Assembly (NCBI GenBank): GCA_013115125.1
Contig: JABANN010000048.1
Span: forward strand, 1-64,000
DNA from: Perkinsus olseni
Lineage: Eukaryota
Direction: 5' to 3'
Length of the DNA stretch: 64,000 bases
This document shows, in pieces, positions 37,953-51,705 of the stretch. Position numbers and translations under genes: made by a program. Below the pieces are notes generated by a model that was given only the letters and a program-made list of their open reading frames with translations, did no database searches and was not told where the DNA came from. The number at the start of each line of letters is the position of its first letter. Position 1 is the first letter of the stretch.

Positions 37953-40900
37953 TTAAAGATGGCTGCTACTCGCTTGCTCCGATAAGCGCATCTTCTTAAA
38001 CATCTTAGCAGCCTCCAACAATTTGATCTTGGGCTTCTTCGCAGCATCGCCGGCCACCTCATCGTCCGGGAATTCCCATACAGTAACCATTACCTGCAAT
38101 AGACCATTGAAACGGTCATTATTCGTGCTGCTATGGGCGGAGGAGAGCTCAGTAGCCGTCTTTCTGAACGTACTGTATCTTCCGCGCCAGCCTCTCCGCC
38201 GCCGTGACTTTGATCAACTCGTCCCTTATGCTTGACAGCCTTCGGTTGTCGGCTCTCGATGTTTGCGATATCACTACGCAGTGAGGAGATGATTGAATGA
38301 TCTCCCAGTAAAAGCCTTACTCATATTTAGCCTCTTTCGCCAGTTTGAGCATGTACTCTAGCAACAACCGACGTGATTCAGGATCCTCGTCCTTCTTGGC
38401 CTCTGCGATGCCGCGTTCGAGGACCTTATCGAGTTGGTAACAGTATCACGACCCGCTTGATGAGGGGACGACGGTATCATAGTCTACTCACCTCCTTCGC
38501 CTTTGAGAACGACTGATCTGCGTGCTTCAGTTCGAAGTCAGCATAGGACCTCCACACCTTGACGTGGGTAGTTCGATCCAGTAGGCGCTCGAACAAGTCG
38601 CTGCAAAAATCAATGCTTCCCCCCTCTAGAGGAGCCACGTAATACCGAGCATTCTCCATCTCTTCCTGATCGATTTCTATATCGATACACTTCTTCCAGA
38701 TGAGTTCTGGCTCATTCATAACCTCCTCGCTCTCGTCGGATGCCGACTCGTCCGCGAGCTGAATGACAAACGGTTTCGTTGAAGTCGAAAGAAGTACGAG
38801 GATTACCTTGATGGCCATCTCTCCCAGTTTACGAGCTCTGTTCACCTCTGAGAGTTTCATCTCCAAATCCATCCAGCAGACCCACGAGGCGGCTTCAAGC
38901 GAGTGAGCGGATACGTAACTATTCGGCGGAACAGTAGTTGACTTCTCCTCTTCGAGCCCATTTGAGATAAGCCAGTAGCGCGCAGGATGAAGGCATTGAC
39001 TCACCTCGCACAGATCCTCCGGGCCCGGTCCACCTGGCCAAGGTTGAACTCGAACTGTATGTAGGAGCGGAACATGGAAGCCTTCTTAGACTCGCCAATA
39101 GCTCGGCCGTATCTAGAAGCGATGCCATTCCCAGCGGGGCTCACTAGGTAAATCACAGAGTGAAGTAACCTTACACAAGCCTAGCGCGGGCCACATCCAT
39201 CTGACGGATCTCGAACTCTGCATATGCGTTATACAGTTTGCTGAAGTATATCTTCCGCGAGCGGAAAAGACTGAGGGCTGTATGATATCTGACACCGTTC
39301 GACGCAGTGAATACCAGGGCACCCACTGCAACACTGATTCGCGACACTCACACTTCCCGCACTCTATCAGGTGTCGACTCTCCGGACTGGATGAGGGACT
39401 CCTCGTAGTTAGCATAGAAGAGCCAGATGTATCTGCCTCAGATAATAGCCTTGTAGGCGCTGATATCACCGAGCTGACGCATCTTACACATATCGCCTGT
39501 AGAGGTCCTTTCGCCCTTTCGGTGCCGCTTGTTCAGGGGGAAGGGCCGCGGCAATGGCTCTCTCGTACACCTCTCGGCACTGGGCCGCGGAGTCTCCAAT
39601 GCTCTCTTCGAGAAGGATCTACCGTGGGAGGCACATGGCATGTACGTGAGCAGCGCGGAGAGTAAGAAATGATAGCGTACGTAGTTTATCCAGATGTCGA
39701 CATCAACCCCATCAGAGTCAGACAGCTGCTTCTCATATTTCAGTCTGCACTTCTCCAGGAGGAGTCTCTCGATGTCCGTTCGCGTACCCTTCTGTTTCAT
39801 GTACCTGGATGCCGTCATTCCGCCCAAGTGCGGGATGGTCTGCAGCCTACTTCGCATATTTGTCCCGCAGGTTGGCAGTTCTCTCAGGCGGCAAAGTATC
39901 GATGCCAAGCTTATAGACCTTCGCCGCTGCCGATGGATCATCTCTTGCAGCGCGCTGCTCGAATTCTGCCCACTTGATGTATCTGCAGCGCGAGCTCGGT
40001 GTATCTCCGAGCAGGTTTTCCCTAAAGTCTGTATTACAAATCCTCCGTAATGCCCTCCGGGCTAAGGTCATCTTTCAAAGTGTCGTGACACGTCTGGTAA
40101 CCGGCTCGTGCGCGGACCTAATGGGGCTCGTGATGTCCAGCTGTACGGCTCACGATCTATTACATTATTGCCGTGCCTCTCTTCAAATTTGGCGAGCCGC
40201 GTGAACGACATGACCGTCTGGATTTGGGATACATATCTACCGCATCAGTAAATGATCGATGAGAAGATTACCCTTCCGTTACCACCTTTCGTATATGGCT
40301 CTGGCCCTCTCAATCTCATGGCAGCGGAGCTCGAACTTAATGTACTGGAGCCAAGCATTATCGCTAGGCTGCCACTGCATCCATCTCTCGTACACCTGAA
40401 CCGCACTCCACTGACACCATCCGTATGCACTGCGCATCAACCGTACCTTCCTCGCAGCTGCGTAGTCCATGAGAAGCTCTTCCATGTAGGCATACTTATA
40501 CCAGAATTGGTCATGGCGAGGTAGAAGGCTTGTGACTCGGTCGAACCTGTAAATTTTGCATCTGTCAGGTGGCAGGAGGCTGCTGTGGCTTACAGGTTCC
40601 TCGCATGGGCTACGAACTTGTGCTTCATCTCCATCTCTATATACTTGAGCCATAGAGAGGAGTTGCGGTAATCGATTTGGAGTGCTCTCTCAAACACGGA
40701 CCGTGCCCTCCTGAACTCCTCTTGGGACTCTTCCCACTGAGCATACCTGGCGGAGCCATTTTTAGTCAGTGCTCCATCGCCCTCGCTCTCACTTGATCCA
40801 TGTGCCCATATGGTGTCGTTGTTTACGCAGAGTATCCTCAAATTCCTTCCGCTTGTTGACCCTGACAGAGAGTAACTAACGGTCAGCCCCAAATGAGACC

Positions 40901-41121
40901 CGCTCTCGTACTTGTAGTCTGCAAGTTCCTCCTTGCTGGCAATCTTTCGAGAAGGCCCGGGGCGCTCCTGAAAAAAAAACTCGGACTTAGGGCTGCTGCA
41001 AACAGAAGCGCGCTACATCGCCCATCCGCTCGACGGCCTCTCTCAGAATTTGCTCAGCCGTAATCTGCTGCGGGTTAGCCGTCGCATTCTTGACAGCGAA
41101 TTTATCCTGCTTCGGTGGCAT
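37953..41121 (-). CDS. CRNKL1: Pre-mRNA splicing factor crooked neck / Clf1 / Syf3 (HAT repeats)
   Basis: [103 protein letters not shown]-terminal [10 protein letters not shown]. Confidence 0.95.
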
Positions 41122-42064
41122 CTTAATGGAGTCGGCTGTTACTCAAGAAGCAGGTTCACAGCAGAGAAGTGGGAACAACAACGAAGCCACCACTACAGAG
41201 GGACATCACATCAGTGCGTGGAACAGAGCAAACGGATTAAACTCAAACCAGGAAGATGGGTCAATGTAACGGCTAGAACAACATCATTTTAAGAGCTCCG
41301 CAGCACTGATCAACATAGGGCTGTAGGTCCGTCTGAAACAGAAGGAAATTACTTTCACACATCGCTGTTACACCACCACATACTGGTGCTTTGGAGTTTT
41401 GCAGTGCTAAAAGCATCCGATTCAAAAGTTGCATACGTGTCTTGATCGCAGATTGAAGAGCCAGTTCGTTAACCTATCGAGGGAAACCTTGCAAACCGCG
41501 CTAAGCCCAACTTCACTTGTATTCACCTGTAGTTCGATCGCCACGAGGAAGGTGTCAGCAAATTCGCAACCCAACGGAGTCAACTGGGACCAGTGCGTAC
41601 CAGTGGCTGAAGAGCGGCACTACCGATGCATAGGCTTTGAATACCATAGTATCTTACACCGTAGAGGAGTGGAGAGTTCTTTGATATCCTTCATCAGTCC
41701 TTCCAACTTGGTACATAATACTGGGCCCTTCATGTTGCGTCTGAGAGAGTTCCATGCAAGGGGAGGCAATTTGCACAGCTGTGGACTCACTTTACAACAG
41801 TCGGAGTGATTGGTCGCACCGCATCAGCATGATCGGGGAGTAAATGAGCACGAATTTTATCCAGCCTCTCTCGCAGGGCCGGAAGCGATTTCAGGGTTGC
41901 TGAAAGTGGCAACTACGGCTAGACTGACCAACTGTTCAACGAATTACGATCATTTTTCGTCTTGGTGGGATCGTATCCGTCAGCTGTGTATCGGACTTTC
42001 TTATACTTGGGCTCGAAAGCGCCTAGCCCTGACGCCTGGTCACGCCTGCGAAGAACATTAAGAA

Positions 42065-43937
42065 CTAGGAATATCGTCTGGACGCCCTCCTACGAGGCTT
42101 CCTCGTCTTCCAGGTCATCTTCGCTCGTCTCGTCCTCGGACTCAGACAAGGGCTCACCCGTGTCATCTCCTCTGCCTGCTTCTCCCTCTTCTTCCTCGAA
42201 GTCCGCATGTTTCTGGATGCATTCGAGAGCAGATTCAAGGGCAAAAGCGGGGCATGAGCCGGGTCTACCTCCATCACCGGTTTTGAACCTATCTCATCGT
42301 CCCCTGTGCTGAAGACAGGATGCTTCCACGTAACCTGAAATCCACTTAGAACTTCCGATGACCACTGCGGAGAAGAATTGTGCCTTCTGAGTGGCGTTCT
42401 CGACATAATAGTGCCGCTGCTGGTCCTCATCCCAATACTCAGTCCATCCCTCTGGCACCTTTACTCGAACATTTTCCTAAGGACAGCTATCTGCTCCGAT
42501 CCGAACTGTGGAGGTCAATTCAAAAACTCTAGTCATCATTACTGGTTTCAGTTGCTTGATCGAGCCGTCGCAGTTCAATTTGACATCGTATCGCTTCTTA
42601 TCTGGGTTCCATCCGATCACAATCCCTTCCTGCCCGTTTATCCAACTGAAAAGTGCGAGTAGACGAGCGGGTGACACACGACTATCCTACGACTTACGTT
42701 GCACTCACACTCTTCAGACCAGAAATATGAACGGCGCATCCATCAGGGAATATCTATTGATAAAGTCGCCGCATGGTCGGTGAGACGTGGAGCCTAACCC
42801 ACACTACTCCAGACTCTTCCTGCTTTTTCTTCCTCTCGGCGACCTGCTCAGCCGTCTCAGGGGCATACATCAGATTGTCAGGCTTGATAGCCATGATAGA
42901 GCCAGTCTTATCAAGCTTGACTTCAAATCTGCCGCTGCTTTTATTCTTTCCCACTACGGTACCTGACGAACGCAGCTCATCTTCCAGCACGCCTCTTGCA
43001 TGTGGTAAGGAGTCCCTACCGCAAGTGCCGTTTAGCTCAGGCTTGCTCTTCAATCCTAATACTTCCACACGTGTGCCTGTTCGGTATCATTTAGCGGTGA
43101 CAAGTCGTATAGCCGCAATCGTACCGATGGAGAAGTCCGCTATAGTGTCCTTCAGCTCTTCCGTTTGCTGTTGCTTGCGCTTGATACTTTCCTAAGGGCA
43201 AGCTCCTAGCCACTGGGAATGCGTTTGTGCAAGAGTCATACGTTTTCCGGAGTTATAGATTCCCAGTCCTTAACTTCTCGACTTATGCAATGCTTTGCCC
43301 AGAGATAGTACTGATGGGCCTCGTGATCCTCGTCTCGGATGAATAGCATCTTAGGGTCCTTCGAAGACCTAGCAAGACCTAGCAACACGCTCGAAGTTCG
43401 AAGACTACGTCCACTCCAAGCAAGCTATGAGCAAGTCCAACGAAGCAGCAGCCCCTCCGTAAAATTGCTTTCAACCGCCCGATCACTACTTTATTTTGTT
43501 TTCGAGTCCTTCAGGGTTCTTGCTTTTGCAAACGAACTCAGCTGTCTTTACGATCCGATTTCTTAAAACTGAGAGACCCCAGCGAGGGGAGCAAAACTGT
43601 ATGGCAAGGTGCTGGTAACCTGACTGCTCCTAACCTTCATCATCGGGAGCCCTAACGGGTCTCATATCATATTTCCCCTTCTTTCGTTCTTTTTTCCGCT
43701 TCTCAGACAACATGTCTCTGCCCAACTGACCTGATCAGCAATCAGCATTGCTCATCTACGGCTCTTTCAGTATTACCGTGAGCGGACGTATGCCAATTAG
43801 TGGCAGCAGCAGGAGCAGGAGACCTCACCTCCTAAGTAGTCATAGGATACATGATAGTCGTAATCTTCACGCTTGTTGAAATCATATGTTGGCACGTAGG
43901 CACCTAGTCCGCCGTCGCCACCTCCGGAGCCATCCAT
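42065..43937 (-). CDS. SURP (SWAP) module protein with two SH3/KOW-like 'LNG/ING' repeats; spliced
   Basis: RNRIVKTAEFVCKSKNPEGLENKIK...DPKMLFIRDEDHEAHQYYLW is SURP-like. Repeats: EVLGLKSKPELNGTCGTVVGKNKSSGRFEVKL and WINGQEGIVIGWNPDKKRYDVKL. The 3' end is uncertain. Confidence 0.7.
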
Positions 43938-44231
43938 AAGAGGTTTCAATGAAGAGTAAAATCTCAACTGCATCACGTACCAGTCAAAAACAGCTGCCCT
44001 CCACCATTCGTCGTACTATGAACTCAACATACTAGAACGTGGTTTCAGAATTGATACATGTGGGGCTTCGAGACGTGCATGCAACGTATTCAAACACTTA
44101 CGAGTCTCCCAGGGTAGGTAGACCGCACAGAAACCAACCTGTATGATACTAATTGTCATGCGGTCCGCCAAAATCAGCATTCACGCGCTCCTTGAGCGCT
44201 TGCCCCATTCCTGCAGCATGGTAAGAGGATC

Positions 44232-44600
44232 CTACCAGAGTCCCCTGATAAAGGTATATCCTTTACCTCCCGGTATGAGATTCGGCATCAGGGTCTCGGA
44301 TGAGTCCAGTGAGGGTCGGTCTTCGTTGCCATCAGGTATAATGCCCTCTACAAACGTGAACGACAATCCATTTACAACCAGCGTCCACGGGTTACGCCTC
44401 ACCACCAAGTGGAGGCTGCGCACCTCCTAAACTGGTATTGGTCCGCATTGCTCTAAACTCTAAAACAAGAAAGCCATCATCCTTCAAGGTGGAACGAATC
44501 ACGAAGTCAGCAATCAGCGCCCTACCTACGTGTTTTGCTGGCGACTTCCTCTCGGTAACTGATGTGAGAATCCACGCAAGCAATAAGACGGCTTAGAGGA
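44232..44600 (-). other. Possible small lineage-specific gene or gene relic
   Basis: Two ORFs can be joined by a GT-AG intron (~44340-44400) and have a hydrophobic start, but no in-frame ATG was found. Confidence 0.2.
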
Positions 44601-45477
44601 AACGTGTATAACTTACAGTTTAACGCCTTCACTACCGCTTTTTGTTCGCAGAAGCACATCAAACAACAGCCTGTGCAGTCTCGACCGACCATCTACCCTA
44701 TTGTACGCCCTAATCAGCAGCAAATATTTCGACCAGCACAAAGAATAAACCACCACCCACTACTTGCGCTGGCTCAGCTGGATTTTCTCCTGCTTCACGT
44801 ATTCCTTGATGGAATCTCCGATAGCCTCTCGAACTTCTGGAACCGCAGAATAGAGCTGATCAGTAGTACTCAACGACACGCGAGAGAGTGATTGAATCCA
44901 CTACCGTGCCGATCGCGGGGAACATCGGCATGAAAGCTCCGACTGACTTCTGAGGAGAGGAAAATCTATTGCGCCCGAGGCGAAGGACTCCATATAACCT
45001 CGAAGGATGCACACTCGGATGCGCTAAGCAGGCATACTCCTGAGTAACTGAGGGCGGTCGTGTGGCAATTGCCAGGAGTAAACGGATTGCATCTTACAAA
45101 CAGCAGAATAATGACACTGAGCCCCACACTACATTAAACAGAGATACCATGGCACTCTCGGACGCGCACTGACATTGGCAGAAACAAGGAAATAGTTGAC
45201 AAGCCAGCATAAGCACCTTTAGAGCTGACAAACTCGCGCCTGTTCCTAGGAAAGCAGCTGCGACCAATGGCAAGGTATAACACTGGGCTGAGCAGCTTCC
45301 TAAAGCATCATATGACCCTAAGGAAAATACCATATCACACGCGGGTCATTCCGACTCCGTACTACCTAGTATGAAAGGTAGCGACTCGCATACGCAAATA
45401 AGAAAAACAATCATCGTATCACGCCACTGAAACAGCAGCAACAGTTCAGGTGGAATTGCTCACTATCATTCAGCACC

Positions 45478-46911
45478 TTGTGGTGGAATGGTTCCTTATG
45501 CTGCTGGTTTTTACTCAACTGGGTCTCGGTCGATTCCATAGGCGACCATGAAGTCACACGACTCAACAATGAGGTAGCCAAGGAGGCCGCTCGATGGCCC
45601 AGACGCTGGAAGATACTCCGCCGGGATGCTGGACATGAAACTTTTCTTAGGGTGACTGTTCGCTACTACCAGCACGTAGAGGTAAACCCGTCAAGTCAAT
45701 CATTTCAGCGGAATGTCGTCGAATGGCGTCCACCTCCTTTGCGTTATTGAGGTTCACTGCACTCGCCCCAGGAACCAACCTGCCCGGTCGCAGATTGCCG
45801 CTAAGCTTGCTCAGCATTCACTACCCATGCAGGTAGCCTTCCCGTGACGACTTCCTGGATTCCCTCCTCGCACTACCCCGCCTCCCACTATTACGTCTTC
45901 CACTGTTTCCTCTTGCCTGACCACTTTTCGATGTCTCGCGAGCCAATCACCGCCCTCCTACTCCTGGAATTGAGCTCTTTTCCATATGGCGCGGGAGAAT
46001 GAAAAAAACTGCGACGATTGAACGGGAATATATCACGAACGTTTTCGCGCGACCTTCGGAAGTCAGGCTCGGGTAACTTTTCGCTGAGATTCATGTCAAA
46101 CACGGGTAAGGTGCAGAACTAAACTAATTCGTAATCCCATCAATACTACAGAATTGCAAAAGCGAGACCATGCATTTCTGGTAGGAGACGACCAAGAATG
46201 GGTACCCCCGGTGAGTGGGCTGGAGAACGTTGAGTCGATATCACGGGATGTCGAGAGCGAGAGGGCTAGTAGCGATCATGACACCGCGGAAGAGGATCAC
46301 GAAGCGGATTCAGATCAGGCAAGCTCTAAGCAATCGTCTCCAAAGCGAGTGCTAACAAGCCGTTTATCTAGGTCTTCGAAGACGAAGCCGGAAGGGAGGA
46401 CACAAACGCAACAGACATCGTGAGGACGCTCGATGAACTGATGGAGACATACTTACAGCGTATTGGGGTTAACGAGGATGGCAGAACGAATATCCAGCGT
46501 CAAGGTAATTTCCGTTCTGGGCAACCCAAAAATTCAAGTGTCCTGAAAATGTCAGGCATGGATGGCGAGACTACTCGAAGCTTAGAGGCAGAACTAATAT
46601 TACGACAATGCATCAGAGAGAAGTGGATGGTACCGAACGATTACAATGTAAGGACACACTCATTCTTCATTACTCAGGAAACCGATGGCGACGACTCAGC
46701 CCGAGATGGTGGTACCGAGGCACAGTTCTATAGAATGAGTACACGACCCGCTAACGGCAGGAAAGAGCGCTCCGACTTCGGCATACTTGCGGACCAGCTT
46801 GAACGCGGAATCCGACGGAGCATGAAGAAGCTTGCTAAAAAGAAAGCGTACAAGAGCTCCGATTATACGGAGCATTGGCTACGCATGGCGCGGCACCCTC
46901 GCCCGCTTTGA
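45478..46911 (+). CDS. Hypothetical protein; spliced; start not resolved
   Basis: Plus-strand ORFs 45478-45750, 46154-46423 and 46420-46911 with GT..AG gaps and protein-like composition. No family recognised. Confidence 0.45.
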
Positions 46912-47275
46912 AAAGCTTGGAAGTTTTGACTTGTGAGTTCTTCATAGGAGTTCAAACTGAATTGGGAGCAGGAAAATAGTCCACCCAACCCAGGGCTTGG
47001 CACACTACACTCAGAACACCCGACACTTAACAGGAGACCGTAAACTTATAACTGCGAAATGTGAACAGCGGACAGGAATTTAGGATTGGTGTCCAACAAG
47101 TATAATTCCAGTAGATCAACCATACATGAACAACAACTAACGCTAACCTCCAACCAATGTCAACGACAGCAGCGAGGAGAAGCCAGGTGACAGCGGCACG
47201 AAAAGGTGCTACCAGGTCAGGAATGATGGAGCAACTAATACTATGGCAAACTACGAGCGGTCATCAGCGTCTTCG

Positions 47276-48844
47276 TCAACTCCCAGGATGCAGAATGTCG
47301 GTATAGATGATACCGTAGAGGCAGATAGGCACCAGTGCAAGACCAATCACGAAGATGACAGCAGATAGGTACCAAGTAACCCGCCCCTCCTCCTCAATGT
47401 TCTTTCGGGTTAGCATACAGTAAAGGTAACATGGCATGATGAAACTCGTACAATCACCACCGATAAGGCCAAGCAGCGAGAAGGTAACGCCCAGAGACTT
47501 CACGAAAATGGCCACCACAAGGCTAATTAGCACTATACCTACAGTGAGAATAATCCTCAACTTCAACTCTGCTGCGGGTTTAAGCTCCTTCCCCCGAGTT
47601 AACAGAACTGTGAGGGATCTCCGACAGGGAAAAACTTGCAATGGGAAGGAGCAGACTTCCGATACTGCGAGAGCCAAGTATCCAATCTGTACTGGAATAT
47701 AGTTAACGCTAAGATTTTGTAAACTAAGAGCTTCGACGTTATAGCCAAAAGTTATATAAGGAAATACCATTGCAGGTATGAAAATAACGATGGCTGTGGC
47801 GATAGCGGCAGTGGAAACGATATCCACGCGCAACTGGGTTCGATTCTTAAGATCATCAGTAACAAGGAACGCATTCATATGGCATCCGAAGGACATGATA
47901 ATAATCGGCAAAACACCCATGACTGTCCAGAAGTTAGCAGGCGGCCATACCCTCGTGTTCTCTTCAGCCCTAGAGCAATCACTGTAAACAATTCCTAGGA
48001 TGACAACATAAACCAGACTGAGAAGGCCGACCATGTTAACAATGGCCGTATTGCCTGCTGATCTCCAGAAACATACTGGTGACACGATCGCTACACATAT
48101 CAAAATCAGAATCGCTCGTGTAGCAAAGGAGCCGATGGTATCAGGTATAATCGGAATCCAACGGGCTATAAGGGGTTCGAGCATGTTACCAACAACTTGT
48201 AAATAAACTATACATACTCCAATGCTTGTGATGACTAGAATAGTATCCACTATCCACCTCGAACGTGGAGAACACGCTTGTGAAATAACGAAGAAGCTCA
48301 TTGGCCTCACTTCAAGCTTCAGAGCACACCGATTCAGCAGGTGAAGGGTGAACAAAGATGCCAAACCACTGATGAGTATGGCCAGTAAACCAATAACCCA
48401 GCCGCATCTCGATACAGAGTAGGCAAGACCAAGCATACCAACGCCAATCATAGTCTTCGATAGCACCGTCCAGAGAGAAAGAATAGTCCCACTTGGTTCC
48501 AGAACGGACCCCTCCGCTCCTGTCCTATCTTCGGAAGAATCCAAGATTTTACTCTTGCCGTCAGAAATGGTGGCCGCGGTGACATCCTCAGTGGATAATG
48601 TAGGGTGTTTTATACCACCGATAGTTGCAACCCGGCTGGACCTCCTCGTAAGACCTCCGCTAGTCGCCAGACTAGCTGCAGCTGATGAGTGCCTCGAAGA
48701 TGCAGGCGATCCTGATGTCGCTGATGTGGTTGAAGACGCAGCAGTCGGGAAATCCATAACACTGTCTGCTGCTGTTACGGCACCGAACATGGCCGATCCG
48801 ACGCTCGGATGCCGGGGAGCTGTCTCGTGGGTTGCCCCATTCAT
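47276..48844 (-). CDS. Amino acid/auxin permease (AAAP, Aa_trans; SLC38/Avt-like) transporter; intronless
   Basis: 522-aa ORF with about 11 hydrophobic segments. Family motifs LSKTMIGVGMLGLAY...GWVIG, LPIIIMSFGCHMN and SFPLQVFPCR. Confidence 0.92.
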   Translation of the reverse strand: MNGATHETAPRHPSVGSAMFGAVTAADSVMDFPTAASSTTSATSGSPASSRHSSAAASLATSGGLTRRSSRVATIGGIKHPTLSTEDVTAATISDGKSKILDSSEDRTGAEGSVLEPSGTILSLWTVLSKTMIGVGMLGLAYSVSRCGWVIGLLAILISGLASLFTLHLLNRCALKLEVRPMSFFVISQACSPRSRWIVDTILVITSIGVCIVYLQVVGNMLEPLIARWIPIIPDTIGSFATRAILILICVAIVSPVCFWRSAGNTAIVNMVGLLSLVYVVILGIVYSDCSRAEENTRVWPPANFWTVMGVLPIIIMSFGCHMNAFLVTDDLKNRTQLRVDIVSTAAIATAIVIFIPAMVFPYITFGYNVEALSLQNLSVNYIPVQIGYLALAVSEVCSFPLQVFPCRRSLTVLLTRGKELKPAAELKLRIILTVGIVLISLVVAIFVKSLGVTFSLLGLIGGDCTSFIMPCYLYCMLTRKNIEEEGRVTWYLSAVIFVIGLALVPICLYGIIYTDILHPGS

Positions 48845-48975
48845 TAAGACTCAAGTTCCCAAACGGAGATATAAATCCTTGCAACAACATGAACAATGAA
48901 GTTGAATCCCTTCGAAGCGAGAAAGCTCCCACTCTCGCAACGCAGTATCATGATACCCGTCAGAAATAATTACGC

Positions 48976-51096
48976 TTACTTCGACATCGTAGAATTTGTC
49001 TCAATTGTCCATGGGAACACCGCAAGTTCATCAACCGGGATACACTCATCCTCCACCTGCACATCACTTCAGAGAGCGTAAGCCAACCATCTAATACCTT
49101 ATTAATCCGGCACATTATCCGATAGTAGTTGCCGTACAGAACGCTCACGACTGTGGGCGAAGAAGCCTGTTGCACACCCGAAAAAGCAAGCACGAATTTG
49201 CCTGCAGCAGAGTCCAGATTCGCTGACTGGAGTAGCAGGCTGTCTACCAGGTTCCCAGGTGTCATGTTGGAAGATCCGTGATGTAATAGGATGATAAGAG
49301 TTGAAATCCACTTGAGGAGCAACAACAACCTCTTCAGGGTATATGCCATCCATGTCGGATACACTACCATGGAGAAGGGTCTGAAGCTCCACATGGGATA
49401 GCGGAAGCTACGCTTGGTTCATGAACTCGGAATGATTTTCTTCAGCCAGCTTCTGATAGTTCGAGCCTAGAAACCAATGGCTGAAAGCTGCATTCTCCCA
49501 CCTGACGAAAATAGTCCAAGAAAGAATTGCAACAATTGGACTACCAAGGATGGTGTATCCACGGAGAGTCCGACGGGCCGTAGACCTGCGCGAGCATCTT
49601 TGCCGCCCATTCGGAAGAGCGCACAAAAAACACTCCTGTGTTGAGCATTGCGTGATCCTGGACATGAGCCAGCTACCAGCGATCTACGCTAGCCTGTAAG
49701 TGCACGCCTTACCTCTTGTATGAGCATGTGAAAATCGTCATTCAGGACTCGACGGCCGTCGCTGGAGACCTTCGATCCAAATCTGTGGAGCTCACCTTGA
49801 TCCACATGCCACTCTGTTACACTACTTGTAGAGGATGCTTTCCAATGTCCTAGAAAGGTCCATAAAGTAAGTGTCGCAGTCGAACCACAGAAGCCAGTCA
49901 GCCGTACGCTGTTGCACATGCTTGAGCATGAGAGATATCTGGCACGATATCTCTGGTGAAATGATATACTCGCTAACTCAGGTACTTTGGCCCATGCATG
50001 AGGTCGCGACGGGTCATCTCGCTTGTGTTCAGCCAGTACACGATACCCATGCCGCTTACTATACAGGTCTTTGTTGGACATCGAGTATTTTGGTAAGCTG
50101 AGTAGTGAGCGCTGCAAGATCACCCGCGGTTCGCGGGGCAACCCACACGTGATCTTTCGGATAGTCGCACATCGTTACAATCGCTATGGAGATGTTGTTA
50201 TCTCTGTAGTCTTTCGGTACATCCTGCGACAAAGAATTCGGCAGAAAGCCGACCAGGGAAGAATATGACCTCCCATGATGGCGAGTGACCATGAGGTCCT
50301 GCTTTTAGTATAGCATTCTGAATCGCGGTCTGTTCGTCATTCATCTGCTGAATGGTGATAGGCCAGTCAGATTCATCAACCCAATAGCCATCGTTCTTCC
50401 CCTATGATCCAAAGCTCCATATAAACCATGTGAAGCATATTACTTTCACAACGAATGCATGAGTAAGCCAATTCATTCCAACATGCATCATCCTGAGCGA
50501 TACTTGATGGGCACGCCTATATCCATGCCTGAATAAGCTACTTGCTCCCTCAACGGAGCGAAGACCTGGTACTTATCAGTCGCCTCTAACACCTCCCCAC
50601 CCGCAGCATAAGCGATTGCCAATACACGATACGCAGCTGCTATTCCGATCGAACAGTTGAACGCCTGAACGACCAAAAGATCACCCTGTAGTTTCTTATC
50701 GTGTAGTTTCCGAAATGCGTACCTCAGCAAGAGGATCCAGCGCAGCCGCAAGGCTGTCACGGAGCCCCAGTTTGGCCGCTTCGAAAGCACCCCCTTGAAC
50801 CAACCCGCTATTACTATCAATACTCTCCAGCAGCTGAAGTGGAAATCTTTTCTGCGATATCACTCAGAGACTTCGACGTACGTGGGTCCACTTGGGTATC
50901 AGAGGACATCGGAAGTTCCTGGTTGGCTGATTTCCGAGACCTTCAATATAAACAGTAGTAGCATAGAGCCATATAACCCATGTTGATAAAAATCGACACG
51001 GAAACATCTGCTATAATGAAGACATAACACCCATCTATGTCGGACGCAAGTATTGTATAATTCACTGGGCGAGAAGTACCTCCCAGAACCGTCCAT
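48976..51096 (-). CDS. Glycosyltransferase family 34 (GMA12/MNN10-like); spliced
   Basis: NKDLYSKRHGY...SRPHAWAK, DWLLWFDCDTYFMD (DxD), DHAMLNTGVFF, VAPQVDFNSY...WEPG.FVLAFSG. Short hydrophobic N-terminal segment; start approximate. Confidence 0.85.
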
Positions 51097-51411
51097 TAGT
51101 TGCCAGAAAATGGCGAGTCGGTAGTCTGACGGAGGGGGAACAGCTACTAGTGTGTTGTTTACATTTTGAGAAGCTTCTCTATCGTGGCATCATTCTCTAC
51201 CCCACACGAGTTACCTCTTTGAATCCTGTGCAGCCCACCCGTATCCCTGGGATGCCGCTTAGTCCTCAAGATGGCTCTAGGAGGTTGAACATCGATTCAA
51301 TCGGCGTGCGCAGAGCGGAAGATCTGAAACCGTCAAGAGCTAGAAACCCCGAGCCCGATGGTGCGTCAAACTATCTCGCTTAGTTGTCAATAATTGAAGA
51401 CGGCGTAAATC

Positions 51412-51705
51412 ATGCCGAAGGGTAATTCGTCCCGCTCTGGTGGAAGCAACAATGGTGGAGGTTCCCGCGGTGGAAATGGGGGCTCGGCTACTAGAAGCAG
51501 TGGTGGTTCTTCGAGGGGAGGTGGCAACAATGATTCCTACGGTCCAAGCTGGCTTAACAGCAACGGCACTGTCGATCCCGTTGAGTTCGCCCGCACTGAG
51601 GTCGGCTATGTCGCTCCTGGGCATGACCACTTCGATGAGAAGTTCAACCAAGCCTGTGCCCAATACGGATTCAAGCCTTGGGAGATGTGGGGTGGCGGTC
51701 AGTAG
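51412..51705 (+). CDS. Small protein (97 aa): Gly/Ser-rich N-terminus plus conserved ~50-aa C-terminal domain (paralog 1)
   Basis: Clean ATG-to-stop ORF. C-terminus GPSWLNSNGTVDPVEFARTEVGY...CAQYGFKPWEMW is colinear with the next ORF. Confidence 0.75.
   Translation: MPKGNSSRSGGSNNGGGSRGGNGGSATRSSGGSSRGGGNNDSYGPSWLNSNGTVDPVEFARTEVGYVAPGHDHFDEKFNQACAQYGFKPWEMWGGGQ

Noticed and set aside
51412-51535. GGN-rich repetitive DNA that could be taken for a satellite or array
   Set aside because: It is explained by the Gly/Ser-rich coding sequence of paralog 1.
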